Positions 9,964 to 19,598 of a stretch of 64,000 bases of DNA are shown piece after piece. Origin of the DNA: an uncultured Acidobacteriota bacterium (GTDB taxonomy: Bacteria; Acidobacteriota; Terriglobia; UBA7540); assembly GCA_963804995.1 (NCBI GenBank), contig CAWDSK010000006.1:1-64000 (forward strand), in the 5' to 3' direction. Position 1 is the first letter of the stretch, and each line of letters begins with the position of its first letter. A program made the position numbers and the translations under genes. The notes under the pieces are model-generated. The model saw only the letters and a program-made list of their open reading frames with translations. It was not told where the DNA came from and ran no database searches.

Positions 9964-12900
9964 TCACATAAACAGGCGATAGTCGTAAGACCCGGAGCCG
10001 AACCGCTCCAGAAGCGCACCGATTCTCGCTATTTGTTTTGATGTCTCTACTGTTGCCGGCAATTTGGTGTATAGGTCGAAACTGTTCCAATTCATCTTGG
10101 ACAGACCAAGGATCTCGTCTCCGACCATGGTCAACTCCGAGCTGCCGGAGTGACGCCGGATGACGAGCGGTGCGGGAATACGGCGCTTGCCCTGATAATA
10201 GTTTAGTCGCGGATTGATAGCTCGGGAAACACCGTGTACCCACAACAGAGCTGAATCCCTATCGAGCTTCAACAAGGTCCCCCTCTTCACCGGATATCCG
10301 TCTTCTTTGAAAGTGCCGTCCGATTGGGGGATTGAAGACAAGTATCGCAACGCGCTGTCTACGTGAATTTCCAGAAGATCAATCTGCTTTACGCCACTCA
10401 AACCTGCCTGTAACCCTTTTCTTTCATCGTTCATGAAGGGCGTTTGCTTGTGAATTACGACGCGCCCTGGTAGCCGGAATCGAGACTCCCAAAACAGCTG
10501 CCGAATTGTTTCCCCGACGCGGCGCGCATCCTCATATGACATGAAGGCGTTCCGACCCCGGAATACAGGGTCCTCGATCTTACTCAGTCGAAATTGAAGC
10601 CCTTGTCCCTGAGCATTGTAGAGATGACTGCATCCCAGGATGACGTGGTTCCCCCTCTTAGCCTTAGGGTCCAGACTAATGCCGAGGCCGACAAAAGCTG
10701 AATCACTATCGAGAGATGACAGAACCCATGGCGTACGCATGCTTTTGACATAGAGGGCTAATGATAACCACCAACGAATGCGACATTGCAGCTCGTTTTC
10801 AAGGGTATCTTCCTCCAAGAACTGGGTCGCGATTCCCTGTGGAACACAAAACGCCTTTACAAAGTTGTGAAGATCGAACCGCTCGGACTCTGTGTCGAAA
10901 GTCCGCCACCGCGCCCATCTCGTGGGAATGAAGATGACAGTTACGTTCGGTAAGGCCGCGGCTTTCAGCGCATTCAGGCATGTAGTGATGTGTTGGCTCA
11001 ATTGGAGCGCGCCCCGCTGTTCGTCAAAAGTCAGGTCGATTTCGGGGCACGTCAGCCATAGATTCTCACCCGGAGTCGGCACCTGCAGCGCAGTACCGAA
11101 CGCATTTTGAAAACCTCTAAATGGGGGCAAGTAGTCCGCCTCAAACTTGCCGGGCTCGATTGATTGATGAAAGCGTTGGAGGTATTCACTGAGCTTCCGG
11201 GACTCTCCGGCCGGACAGATCACGCCGAGGTGAATGGGTGGAGCCAGTTTCCGGGCGCTTAGCGCGTAGTCGAAGGGCTGGTTATTGACGATTCCTCGAA
11301 CGGGGTGGGGGTCCGAAACTGTCCCAGTACCTGTGCTATTTGAAAACACGAGATCTGGCTCTCTCAGTTCCACGCCTGCATTCGTGATCATCGATTGGAA
11401 CCTGTCTTTCACTCGAATCTGTTGAGCACGATCCGAGCTCATGATTTTTGCCAAGACAGGGGCGCGCTTAACTCGGAACCTGAACGGAGAGCCGCAATTC
11501 GCAGGGAATTCGAAGTTCCCATCCTTCAAGAGTCGTATACGCCATGAGTCCAGTGCCTGGTTGAACTTGTTGTTGTGCTGCCAGCCCAGAATCGTCATTT
11601 TTAGCTTCTTTTCAACCTCTTCCGGCACCTCTTCACCTGTAGGACTCTCTATTCGCACCGTGGGTTTGAGGACGACGTAACTTTTCCCAGCGACTCTCCG
11701 CAAATAGACGACCACGGCATCGAGAACTAGGTATTCCCTGCCAGCTTCCCTCCGACGTACCCCTCCTGTCGCGCTCCAAAGGATTTCGCGTCCATCCGTG
11801 TTGACGCCTGCTCCTACTGCCATAGCCCGCACAAGCGCGCGTCTTATGAGAGAGCTGATGACTCCATCCTCGTAACGCAGGTCTAAATCGTTGATCGGTA
11901 CCCGCTCGATCTTCTCACCTATCCGGTCAGCAAAGGCAGTGCGTATCTCGTCGATCGTTCCAAATGCATAGGCTTTGCCGAACGGAGCTGCCACAATTTC
12001 TCCTCCGTCCGTGCAGTTGTCGAAATACTCCCATACTTTCCCCTCCGGCCATTCCTTCAGGTCGAACTCATAGATCTCACCGGGCGGCATCAAAGGGAAT
12101 GCGTTGCTCTTGATGATGCCGCAGGTCGGCAAGTCTACGAGTGTGAAGTCTACGCGTTCCTCAGTGGGGATCGGGGCCTGCGCCATCATCAACTGGCGAG
12201 CCTCCTCGATTGCCTCGCCTTCCAAACAGTGCAGGGCGATCCGAAGCATTAGATCATCAAATCCGCCAGACTGGACATAATGGGCAGACCTTCCATTTGC
12301 GCGTGCCACATTCAGTAGCCGTCGGACAGTTTTGGGGATGTCCCCATCACCAAAGCCACACCAATACAGTCCGCCAGTGCCCGGACGTTTGTAGCTTTCC
12401 TCAAGTGCCTCCATCAAGGAGGTGTCCCGGCCACTGTAGCCCACGACTAACAGTGGAACATCTTTCAGTTGCTCAACCAGGGCATTCCTGAGGGCCTTCT
12501 CCTGCTCCTGCAACTCAACCGCGGTATTCTTCAATGGATCGTACCGGTAGTCTCCATGCAGAGATACGCAGATCAACTCATTTCGCTTCGGTTTTCGGGG
12601 AAGCCGTTCCTGACAGTCGATTCCCACTTCGATTGCGCTGATTGATTTCGAGTGGGCCGCGGCTTTTGCGGTCAGTCCGTCAAAATTGGGAGTCCATACG
12701 GATTGAACAATCCCGGCCTCAGCAAGCTTGATCGTAAGTCGGTATCCGATATGCGGAACCGCCTGGCGAATCTTTTCCTGAAAGAAGACTCTTCGGTCAT
12801 CTGCGATTGGATAGCATTCCTCAATATAGACGCTGTATTCTTCTGGAGTTTCATTCCGCGGATAGGTGCCTCGATCATCCAGCCAACGTTGGATCTTTGC

Positions 12901-13119
12901 GCGCACGGCTGGCAATGAGAGCTCCGCAAACTGCGTTTCCAGTCCTGGATTTCTGGTCAAGAAAATCGCGCGCTTCCACTCCCAGATGCAGCTTGCTGCG
13001 GAGGGAACCCCAGAGCTGATGGACGCGCCAGCCCCCAGCAAGAGACCATGCTGCGTGGTCCTGTTTATTCCAACAGAACGGATAAACGCATCCAGTCCGA
13101 GGGTCAAATTTTCTGCCAT
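9964..13119 (-). CDS. Fused SIR2-APAZ-short prokaryotic Argonaute (single-chain SPARSA-type NADase defence protein)
   Basis: N-terminal SIR2 motifs LLGAGASISSG, WTPNFD, SLHGD and VVGYSGRD. C-terminal MID/PIWI (ALYVKS, GLSKMNWNS..LYTKLPAT, YDYRLFM end) with a degenerate catalytic tetrad (FVGLG, VIHKQ). Confidence 0.9.
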   Translation of the reverse strand: MAENLTLGLDAFIRSVGINRTTQHGLLLGAGASISSGVPSAASCIWEWKRAIFLTRNPGLETQFAELSLPAVRAKIQRWLDDRGTYPRNETPEEYSVYIEECYPIADDRRVFFQEKIRQAVPHIGYRLTIKLAEAGIVQSVWTPNFDGLTAKAAAHSKSISAIEVGIDCQERLPRKPKRNELICVSLHGDYRYDPLKNTAVELQEQEKALRNALVEQLKDVPLLVVGYSGRDTSLMEALEESYKRPGTGGLYWCGFGDGDIPKTVRRLLNVARANGRSAHYVQSGGFDDLMLRIALHCLEGEAIEEARQLMMAQAPIPTEERVDFTLVDLPTCGIIKSNAFPLMPPGEIYEFDLKEWPEGKVWEYFDNCTDGGEIVAAPFGKAYAFGTIDEIRTAFADRIGEKIERVPINDLDLRYEDGVISSLIRRALVRAMAVGAGVNTDGREILWSATGGVRRREAGREYLVLDAVVVYLRRVAGKSYVVLKPTVRIESPTGEEVPEEVEKKLKMTILGWQHNNKFNQALDSWRIRLLKDGNFEFPANCGSPFRFRVKRAPVLAKIMSSDRAQQIRVKDRFQSMITNAGVELREPDLVFSNSTGTGTVSDPHPVRGIVNNQPFDYALSARKLAPPIHLGVICPAGESRKLSEYLQRFHQSIEPGKFEADYLPPFRGFQNAFGTALQVPTPGENLWLTCPEIDLTFDEQRGALQLSQHITTCLNALKAAALPNVTVIFIPTRWARWRTFDTESERFDLHNFVKAFCVPQGIATQFLEEDTLENELQCRIRWWLSLALYVKSMRTPWVLSSLDSDSAFVGLGISLDPKAKRGNHVILGCSHLYNAQGQGLQFRLSKIEDPVFRGRNAFMSYEDARRVGETIRQLFWESRFRLPGRVVIHKQTPFMNDERKGLQAGLSGVKQIDLLEIHVDSALRYLSSIPQSDGTFKEDGYPVKRGTLLKLDRDSALLWVHGVSRAINPRLNYYQGKRRIPAPLVIRRHSGSSELTMVGDEILGLSKMNWNSFDLYTKLPATVETSKQIARIGALLERFGSGSYDYRLFM

Positions 13120-13413
13120 ACGTCCCTATCTTGGTACTCGAAGCTTTACCATCTCTATAGTATCCACCTTTCTAGAAACATTGTGTGCAGCAAATCAAAT
13201 ATGAAGGAGAGTTCTGCTACCCTCAAGCGAGAACAGTCGGGGGATCGCTGTAGCGTGGCCTGGCACCTTGTAGCCGGCCAATACCGGGAACGACCTTTTC
13301 TCACGGTGACCGCCCCTGCCATTTCGCCCTATTCCTCGCGCGGCCTTCAGCATGCCAGTCGTTTTCCTGCCGCCCGAAGATAGCGGCTCGAATGCCCTAG
13401 CCGCCGCTTGCCG

Positions 13414-14337
13414 CTACGCCTTGAGACCATCGGCTAAGGCCGCAACCGTGGCAAGGGCCGTCTTGAAATCCGCAGCCTCGCCATAGACCATGTCTCGAAT
13501 AAAGGCCGTGTACAAGTCAGCAAAACGCTGATCCGCCGCAAGCCCGGCAACGGCTCGCAAGGTTTCACCAACCGGGTTTAGCCGGTAGGAAGGAAATTGA
13601 TGGCCGTAAGCCTCGACATCGGCGAGCATGATCTCCCTGGCCAGTTCGATAACTTCAGCCGGATCGTAATGTGCCCGGATTGCGTGGAGGTCGTACACAT
13701 GGCGCACGAGGCTTTTGTCGCGGGGGCCACCGGCATTGGCCAGTTCCGCCCCCGCGCGCCTCGTCAGCGCCACGAATTTCTCCGCAACCGTCTCAGTGAG
13801 CGCCACGCAAGCAATCGAGGGCACTTCCGGTGGTTCCCCGAAGGCCTCCGCCCAAAAGGACGTTACGGTTCGTTCGACGGAGGGCAGACGCAGCGGCCAA
13901 ACGGCGGTCTCAATTTGGATCTCCGGCCGCAACGTTCCCTCGCCCGCCACAATCGGCGCATACGGCAACTGATAAATCGTGTATCGGCTCGCATTGCCGG
14001 AATTGCGGTGGGCGGCATTGTCAGGATCAAACTGGAAACCAGCAAGCAAAAGGGCACCGGTAATGGTGTCGCGCAACGCACGCAGCTCCCGGCGAGAACG
14101 CGGTTGGTCCGATACGATCTTCAGGTCGATGTCTTCCGACATCCGCCGGATGAGACGGTGGGCGCGGCTCAGAGCCGTGCCGCCGCTGAACACCAGACGA
14201 AACGGTTTCACATCGGCGGTTTTGACCGCCGCAAGCGCCGCGACCACATACCAGTCCTTTTCGACCAGGGCCGGGCTCGGCAAATCGAAACGCTTTTGAA
14301 CTTCGAGTAGATCCTGAAGAGACAGTTTATTGCGCAA
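13414..14337 (-). CDS. abiEii: AbiEii/AbiGii-family nucleotidyltransferase toxin (type IV TA)
   Basis: Motifs VEKD, FSGGTALS, RMSEDIDL, AEKF and RHVYDL. Overlaps the antitoxin stop codon. Confidence 0.85.
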   Translation of the reverse strand: MRNKLSLQDLLEVQKRFDLPSPALVEKDWYVVAALAAVKTADVKPFRLVFSGGTALSRAHRLIRRMSEDIDLKIVSDQPRSRRELRALRDTITGALLLAGFQFDPDNAAHRNSGNASRYTIYQLPYAPIVAGEGTLRPEIQIETAVWPLRLPSVERTVTSFWAEAFGEPPEVPSIACVALTETVAEKFVALTRRAGAELANAGGPRDKSLVRHVYDLHAIRAHYDPAEVIELAREIMLADVEAYGHQFPSYRLNPVGETLRAVAGLAADQRFADLYTAFIRDMVYGEAADFKTALATVAALADGLKA

Positions 14338-14743
14338 GCACCAGCTCCTGCTTACCGTCGCGAAGCCGCCGCGAAAACCGGCCTTTGACCCGTACGACCG
14401 GATTCAGCGGGACCTGTGTCGAACGTCCGGCGTTGTAGTCGCGTTCGGCTTCGGACGGTTCCCATATCACCCCGAGCTTGGTGAGCGCTTGCCGTACCGC
14501 GCCCAGAAATCCGTTCCGGCTGTAAAGGATCGGGTCGCCGGAAAGACGCGAGACAATAGCGCGGCCATAAACCCCGTAGCCGAGCCGCACCAGGCGCTTT
14601 TCACGTACGAGGATACGCAGCACGCGGAGGACCTGATCCTCGCCGCCAAGGTCGCGGAACTCGCGCGGCAGGAACACGTCTTCGCCGCGCTTTCGGGCGA
14701 TCCGTGTTTCAATTCTCTCGCGCAATGTCTTCGACCGACGCAT
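14327..14743 (-). CDS. AbiEi-like (DUF6088-type) wHTH antitoxin
   Basis: ATG 14743 with GGAG RBS. Sequence FLPREFRDLG...LVRLGYGVY and STQVP. Lies directly upstream of and overlaps abiEii. Confidence 0.8.
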   Translation of the reverse strand: MRRSKTLRERIETRIARKRGEDVFLPREFRDLGGEDQVLRVLRILVREKRLVRLGYGVYGRAIVSRLSGDPILYSRNGFLGAVRQALTKLGVIWEPSEAERDYNAGRSTQVPLNPVVRVKGRFSRRLRDGKQELVLAQ

Positions 14744-14755
14744 GGCAAACTCCTG

Positions 14756-14792
14756 CAAAAACCCGACACCAATTGTATACAAAAACCCGACA
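14756..14792 (-). promoter_or_regulatory. AbiE operon promoter with a 13-bp direct-repeat operator
   Basis: CAAAAACCCGACA at 14756-14768 and 14780-14792 flank a minus-strand TATACAAT (-10-like). Confidence 0.55.
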
Positions 14793-15491
14793 TCAATCAA
14801 GCATAAAGTATTGTCCATCAAGTGGTTGATACAGCATGTCCAATAGACGCTCCTGGCGCCTTTGCCGTTATTTCGGACCGCTCCGGGAGATGCTTTCGCT
14901 CCGGAACAAGAGGACAGCTTAGCGCTGTTCCGACTGTGACCCCTGCCCTCGCGGGTCTTTATCTTCATCTGCCTTTTTCCTGCTGCCCCAGACAACGGGG
15001 CAGAGGTGCTGCAACCGAAACCGCATGAGGCAGCCATTCCGCGACGGTTGGAAGATACATTAAGCCGAAACACACGGTCCACTTGAAAACCCGCCCGACT
15101 TATCAAAGCTGAACCGGCACGCGCAACCAGTATGGGTGAGAGTATGGCCCATTCGTTCCGGACTGCGAAGCGGTGGATCACAAAGAGGGTCATCCCCGAC
15201 TACACCAATCAGATTGATCTATTCTCGCAAGCGCAGGTGGAAACGCCCACGCCGGTAGTGACTGCGACCGCGCGAACCTCCAGGTTATCCACAGCGTAAC
15301 ACTACTTAACACAGACTCTAACCTTACTAACACTGGCCAGCGCGCGAACCAGTTCAAAAGAAATGTCAAAAGGGCAGGGCCGTAGGGGAAGAGATGGCGG
15401 CGGCAAAGGGGTTAGATGAGGCAAAACCAAGCCCGGCTTGGCACTGACTAAGTCGTTGCGGAGATTCCCGGCCAAAAGTATACTTTGTCAC

Positions 15492-15968
15492 ATGAATTTC
15501 ACAGTATCCAACAGTGTGGCTGAAGTGCTCACATCCTTGCACGAAGCTGGATTTGATTGGATAGCCGAGGAAATCCAGATAACAATCCGCAATGGCAACG
15601 CCGTCGAGAATGTCGGCGCCGCTCGTCGTGCTACGGTCCCATTCGGACATGTCGAACAAGAGGCAATTCTTCTCGGCGTTCTACGAGAGTATTTCGTAGG
15701 TGTGGAAAGTGTTCTAGCGGACATTAAAAGTAATTTGCCTGAACTCCTTGGCCAGGCTGATTTGGAAGTGGAGGTATTGAACGAAGATGGTGCCGCTATC
15801 CTTACGGTCTCACCTAGAAATGACGCGCAGCTGAAATCGGCCCAGGTTGGACTCCCTTTGGATCAGATCCAAAGCTTTGACCAACTACTTCGGTCCGCGT
15901 GGCCTGCGGACATTGGAGTGTATCCGCGCAGATTCAGGGCCGTACCAGCGATAATGGAAGAAGAGTAA
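15492..15968 (+). CDS. Hypothetical acidic protein (158 aa)
   Basis: ATG 15492 within ORF 15438..15968; ends 1 nt before the next gene. Confidence 0.6.
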   Translation: MNFTVSNSVAEVLTSLHEAGFDWIAEEIQITIRNGNAVENVGAARRATVPFGHVEQEAILLGVLREYFVGVESVLADIKSNLPELLGQADLEVEVLNEDGAAILTVSPRNDAQLKSAQVGLPLDQIQSFDQLLRSAWPADIGVYPRRFRAVPAIMEEE

Positions 15969-15969
15969 T

Positions 15970-16629
15970 TTGATTGCTCCCTTCAAAGACGCAATCCGGA
16001 ATGCTATTCAAGAGCTCGGCGCGACCGTTCCACTCCTTAAAGACAAGGGCGTCCCTCCGAAGCTGTTTGAGATATTCGTTTTTACATGCGCGTTGCGGGC
16101 GCTCAAAGAACTCGGAGCAACGTTTGAGGTAAGGGACAACACGGATAAAAAGACAGGCAAACTAGTATTCCGGCTTGGTCCAGGTACGTTATCAGCCCCT
16201 GCAAGCGCCCCTGGGTTCGTTCTCGTGAAGTACCAGAAAGATGAATACGAGCTTCAGACCAATTTGCGCGTATCAGGTAGATCGTCCGTGTTGCATGAGC
16301 TTGACGTTTGCCTTCTTAGCCGGAAGGAGACGCAAAGATGCCGCTCCTCCGCGACTGACCCTAAATCGAACTCAGCTAAACTTCTGTTGGAATGCAAATA
16401 TTATGGGGATTCAATCCCGCTCAATCTTGGGCGAGAATACCTTGGGTTAAGCAGTGAATTCAGCGGGCGTGTGAAGACTTTTGTATATAACCTCGACAAT
16501 AATCCCTCAATTCAGTCTCTAATAAGCACGCATCGAGGAACGAGCAGCTTCCTCATTTCCCCATTGGAGCCTCAACGGGTCACTGCCTTCATCGGTTGGC
16601 TGAAGGTTGAGTTGGCACAGGTTCTGTAA
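15970..16629 (+). CDS. PD-(D/E)xK restriction-endonuclease-fold protein
   Basis: KLFEIF...VSGRSSVLHELDVCL...LLLECKYY matches the E..D..ExK pattern of Mrr-like nucleases. Confidence 0.7.
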   Translation: MIAPFKDAIRNAIQELGATVPLLKDKGVPPKLFEIFVFTCALRALKELGATFEVRDNTDKKTGKLVFRLGPGTLSAPASAPGFVLVKYQKDEYELQTNLRVSGRSSVLHELDVCLLSRKETQRCRSSATDPKSNSAKLLLECKYYGDSIPLNLGREYLGLSSEFSGRVKTFVYNLDNNPSIQSLISTHRGTSSFLISPLEPQRVTAFIGWLKVELAQVL

Positions 16630-16723
16630 CTCTGTGCGCCGCGGCTTTTAAGTTGTCAGCGTACAATGGTCTACAGCAAGGGTGGCAATTTTGGCGTGTG
16701 CCAAAAGCCAAAAGGGATTCATC

Positions 16724-16995
16724 ATGGCGATTAGGTTCTATGGTGATGAGAGCGAGGACAAGGAAGAGAAGATTCCATGCGATTGCTGGCTTCATAGGCT
16801 TCGCAGAAGAGTGGGATCGCCTTCAGGAAGAATGGATTGATTGCGTCGAGCCAACTGGGGTAAGCGCCTATCACATGACACACTGCGATAACGGGCGCGG
16901 TGAGTTCAGCAAGGAAAAGGGTTAGACCAGGGAAGAAAGAAACCGACTGACAATTGACCTAATAGAGATAATTTGTCGTCACGACGTATTTTACT
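16724..16995 (+). pseudogene. DUF3800-like protein remnant
   Basis: MAIRFYGDES start, a frameshift into HAIAGFIG..EEW...AYHMTHCDNGRGEF, an in-frame TAG at 16923, then truncation. Confidence 0.55.
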
Positions 16996-17039
16996 TGGAA
17001 TGGGAATTCGCCTTGATGACTACAGAACACACCCTCCCG

Positions 17040-17435
17040 TACCCCATGGAAACCCCCCTGAAGAACCCTGACCAGCAAGGAATCAGCCCTGATCTCGCCT
17101 ACATGCTTTTTCCAGGCGACCCAGATCTGCCCGAGCAAGACAAGGATCTTCAGCGCATATGGAGAGAGGAGACCGCGCTTACGGGCGCAGACAAGGTAAT
17201 CTTCATTGGGTATTCTCTCCCTGATTACGACTCTTTTTCGTCGATGTTCTTCGGCAAACACATCTCAGGAGAAGTCTACAACCCTTCCCCCGTAGACCAA
17301 CAGAAGTACAAGAATTTGTTCGGAAGCCGCATCGTCAAGGAAGGCGGGAATTCTCGTTGTGTCCGTATGCCAAAGATTAGTTGCACACCAAGGGCCATCA
17401 GGTCTGGCTCCCCCAGAAGGAGCAAGAACGAGTAG
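17040..17435 (+). pseudogene. C-terminal fragment of a SIR2-like protein
   Basis: IW...ADKVIFIGYSLPDYD...VYNP is typical of SIR2_2 C-termini. The N-terminal GAGAS motif is absent. Confidence 0.5.
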
Positions 17436-17508
17436 CGATGAAGGGCGTGACTTATTGTGACCGATTGCAGGTCGGGATCAATCGTCAAAAATCCGTGCCA
17501 CCATAACC

Positions 17509-19590
17509 TCATCTTTTCAGATCATCGAGGAACTCCGAGGCTGGAGCAACACCTGTAACCAATAGGTAATCGCGCGCTCGCGTACAGGCAACATAAAGCA
17601 ATTGTCGCTCGGTGTTGTATATATCTTCGAGATCGGCGTCATCTCCGACCGTTTCGATCCTTTCCTGTAAGGGAATGATCTCGTCATCGCAGGCCATCAC
17701 AACCACGGCCCGAAATTCCAGTCCCTTCGCCAGATGCATTGTGCCAATCGAGGCGTGACCGCTGATGGTTTCAATCTGCTCATCCAGGACTTTGAAAGAC
17801 AAACCGGCCTGCTGTACGGCGTCAGTCGCTCGATCCAACTGAGCTGGTGACCGCACAAACACGCCGATTTCGTGGGGCAAAGTGTTTTCGGTGGTCTTTA
17901 CGACGGAAAGCCATTTAGCCACGGCGGCTATTTCGTCTTCCGGTGAATCCAGAACCATGATTTCCGGCGGAACTCCGTTGAACACCGAAACTGTGCCGCG
18001 CCGTTCCTCCGTATTCCCGTCAACGTCAGAAACCTCCGGAGCGAGAAGCCGGTCAGCCTGCGTGCGGATTTGATGCGAGGTTCGGTAATTGACATGCAGC
18101 GTGGTCGAACGTCCACGAATATCGACGCCGAGCGACTTCCACGAAAAAGGTTGCGGAAATATGCGTTGTCCAAGATCACCGGCAAAGAAGAGGCTGTTCG
18201 CCCTGCCGCCGCCCAATGCGGCGAGAAACCGCAATTGGGCGACGCTGATGTCCTGGGCCTCATCCACTACCACGAAGTCAAACGGCCGATTCTTGACCGC
18301 AGCCAAGCTGGCGGCGAGCCGCGTGAACATCTCGGCCCGCGTGGTCAAATTGCGAGCCTTGAGAGCGGATCGAAAATGCTCGAAGATCGACCAGAGCAGA
18401 AGCCGCGGTTTTTCCGCCAGCCGGGTCTTGCGTCCCAAGCGGACAACGTCCCGATACGCTTCCCAGCTTTCTAATTGCCACGCGTCCACCACCTGTTCCC
18501 ACTCGGTCAGCAGGAAATACAGGCTGAATTTATGATCAGCCGTGTTTGAGGCTTCTTCCATGAGCTGACGCAGAACTTCCGTTGAGGCGAGGTTAACCCG
18601 CCCGGCGTTCAATTCATAAAGCCGTTGGCCGATGGCGTTAATGGCGTGGATTTCCAATCGTTCCCCGAGCCGTGGTTCGCTGCTGATGAGCCGTCGCAGT
18701 TTCGTGCGCAGGGCGTTGGCAAGCGTTTCCGAAAAGGTGGCCAGCAGGATCCGGGAGTTGGGGTTGGTGCGAGCCAGAAACGCGGCTCGATGGAGCGCCA
18801 CAATCGTCTTGCCCGTGCCCGCGGAACCCGCCACTCTGGCCGGGCCGTTGTAATCCCTCTCCACCAGTTGGCGCTGCGCCGGATGGAGAAAAATCGTCCA
18901 TTTCTCCCACGGGTACTCAAGCGCCTGCGCCAACTCCTCGACGTTGGCCATGACGCGGAATCGGCGCAGCGCGTCGGGATGGGCAAATGGGCTAGCTCCG
19001 GGGGCGCAAAATGCGGCGACAGGCGGCGTCACGCCGGTTGCGAGGTTAAGCAACGCCTCCGCCGCCTCCGCGGGCAGATGCCCGGCGATCTCCAGTATTG
19101 AGTCTTCGTTGGCGCGGCGGACGTCCGGCAGCCACTCGACCGGCACGCCGTAGCCGAGCAAATCATCGTCGGACACGGTTGCAAACAAGGGTTGCTTGGC
19201 GGGCGGCAGCTTGTGCATCACGCCGTCGTCCACGTATTTGGGAACGGTGATTTCTTTAACTCTTTCCCGAAGTTCGACAATTTGCGCTGCGCCGGTCTTG
19301 GGGTGCGTTTCGAGCTTTCTGCGTTCTGCCCACTGATAGGCCTTGTCGTGGTGATCGACGTAACAAAGCAGCAGGCTGGTTTCGGATTTATGGACGATGA
19401 GCCGCAGGTCCGCGCTGACTCGTACCGACCAGAAGTTCTTGTCCTTGGCCTTATCGAGTTTGTGAAACTGCATTCCGGGGTTGACGGGGTCCAGTTGCAG
19501 GTCAAATGCCGTGGTCTTCACGATTTTCTGCTCGTCGCCGGTCAAGCGAGCCAGGCTGTCCGTGAAGGTGTCGGCGATGCGGAATTCCAT
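17509..19590 (-). CDS. SF1 UvrD-like helicase with an N-terminal RelE/ParE-like domain
   Basis: N-terminus FHKLDKAKDKNFWSVRVSADLRLIVH (RelE-like). Helicase motifs GSAGTGKT, VVDEAQD, GDLGQRI, NYRT, AKGLEF and LYVACTRAR. Confidence 0.85.
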   Translation of the reverse strand: MEFRIADTFTDSLARLTGDEQKIVKTTAFDLQLDPVNPGMQFHKLDKAKDKNFWSVRVSADLRLIVHKSETSLLLCYVDHHDKAYQWAERRKLETHPKTGAAQIVELRERVKEITVPKYVDDGVMHKLPPAKQPLFATVSDDDLLGYGVPVEWLPDVRRANEDSILEIAGHLPAEAAEALLNLATGVTPPVAAFCAPGASPFAHPDALRRFRVMANVEELAQALEYPWEKWTIFLHPAQRQLVERDYNGPARVAGSAGTGKTIVALHRAAFLARTNPNSRILLATFSETLANALRTKLRRLISSEPRLGERLEIHAINAIGQRLYELNAGRVNLASTEVLRQLMEEASNTADHKFSLYFLLTEWEQVVDAWQLESWEAYRDVVRLGRKTRLAEKPRLLLWSIFEHFRSALKARNLTTRAEMFTRLAASLAAVKNRPFDFVVVDEAQDISVAQLRFLAALGGGRANSLFFAGDLGQRIFPQPFSWKSLGVDIRGRSTTLHVNYRTSHQIRTQADRLLAPEVSDVDGNTEERRGTVSVFNGVPPEIMVLDSPEDEIAAVAKWLSVVKTTENTLPHEIGVFVRSPAQLDRATDAVQQAGLSFKVLDEQIETISGHASIGTMHLAKGLEFRAVVVMACDDEIIPLQERIETVGDDADLEDIYNTERQLLYVACTRARDYLLVTGVAPASEFLDDLKR

Positions 19591-19598
19591 GGGGCCGC

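Noticed and set aside
9964..13119. Catalytically active long Argonaute
   Set aside because: The PIWI acidic tetrad is degenerate and the N-terminus is SIR2, which fits the short-pAgo fusion class.
14744..15193. N-terminal extension of the 288-aa ORF 14327..15193
   Set aside because: The RBS, operator repeats and domain start all point to ATG 14743; the extension looks non-coding.
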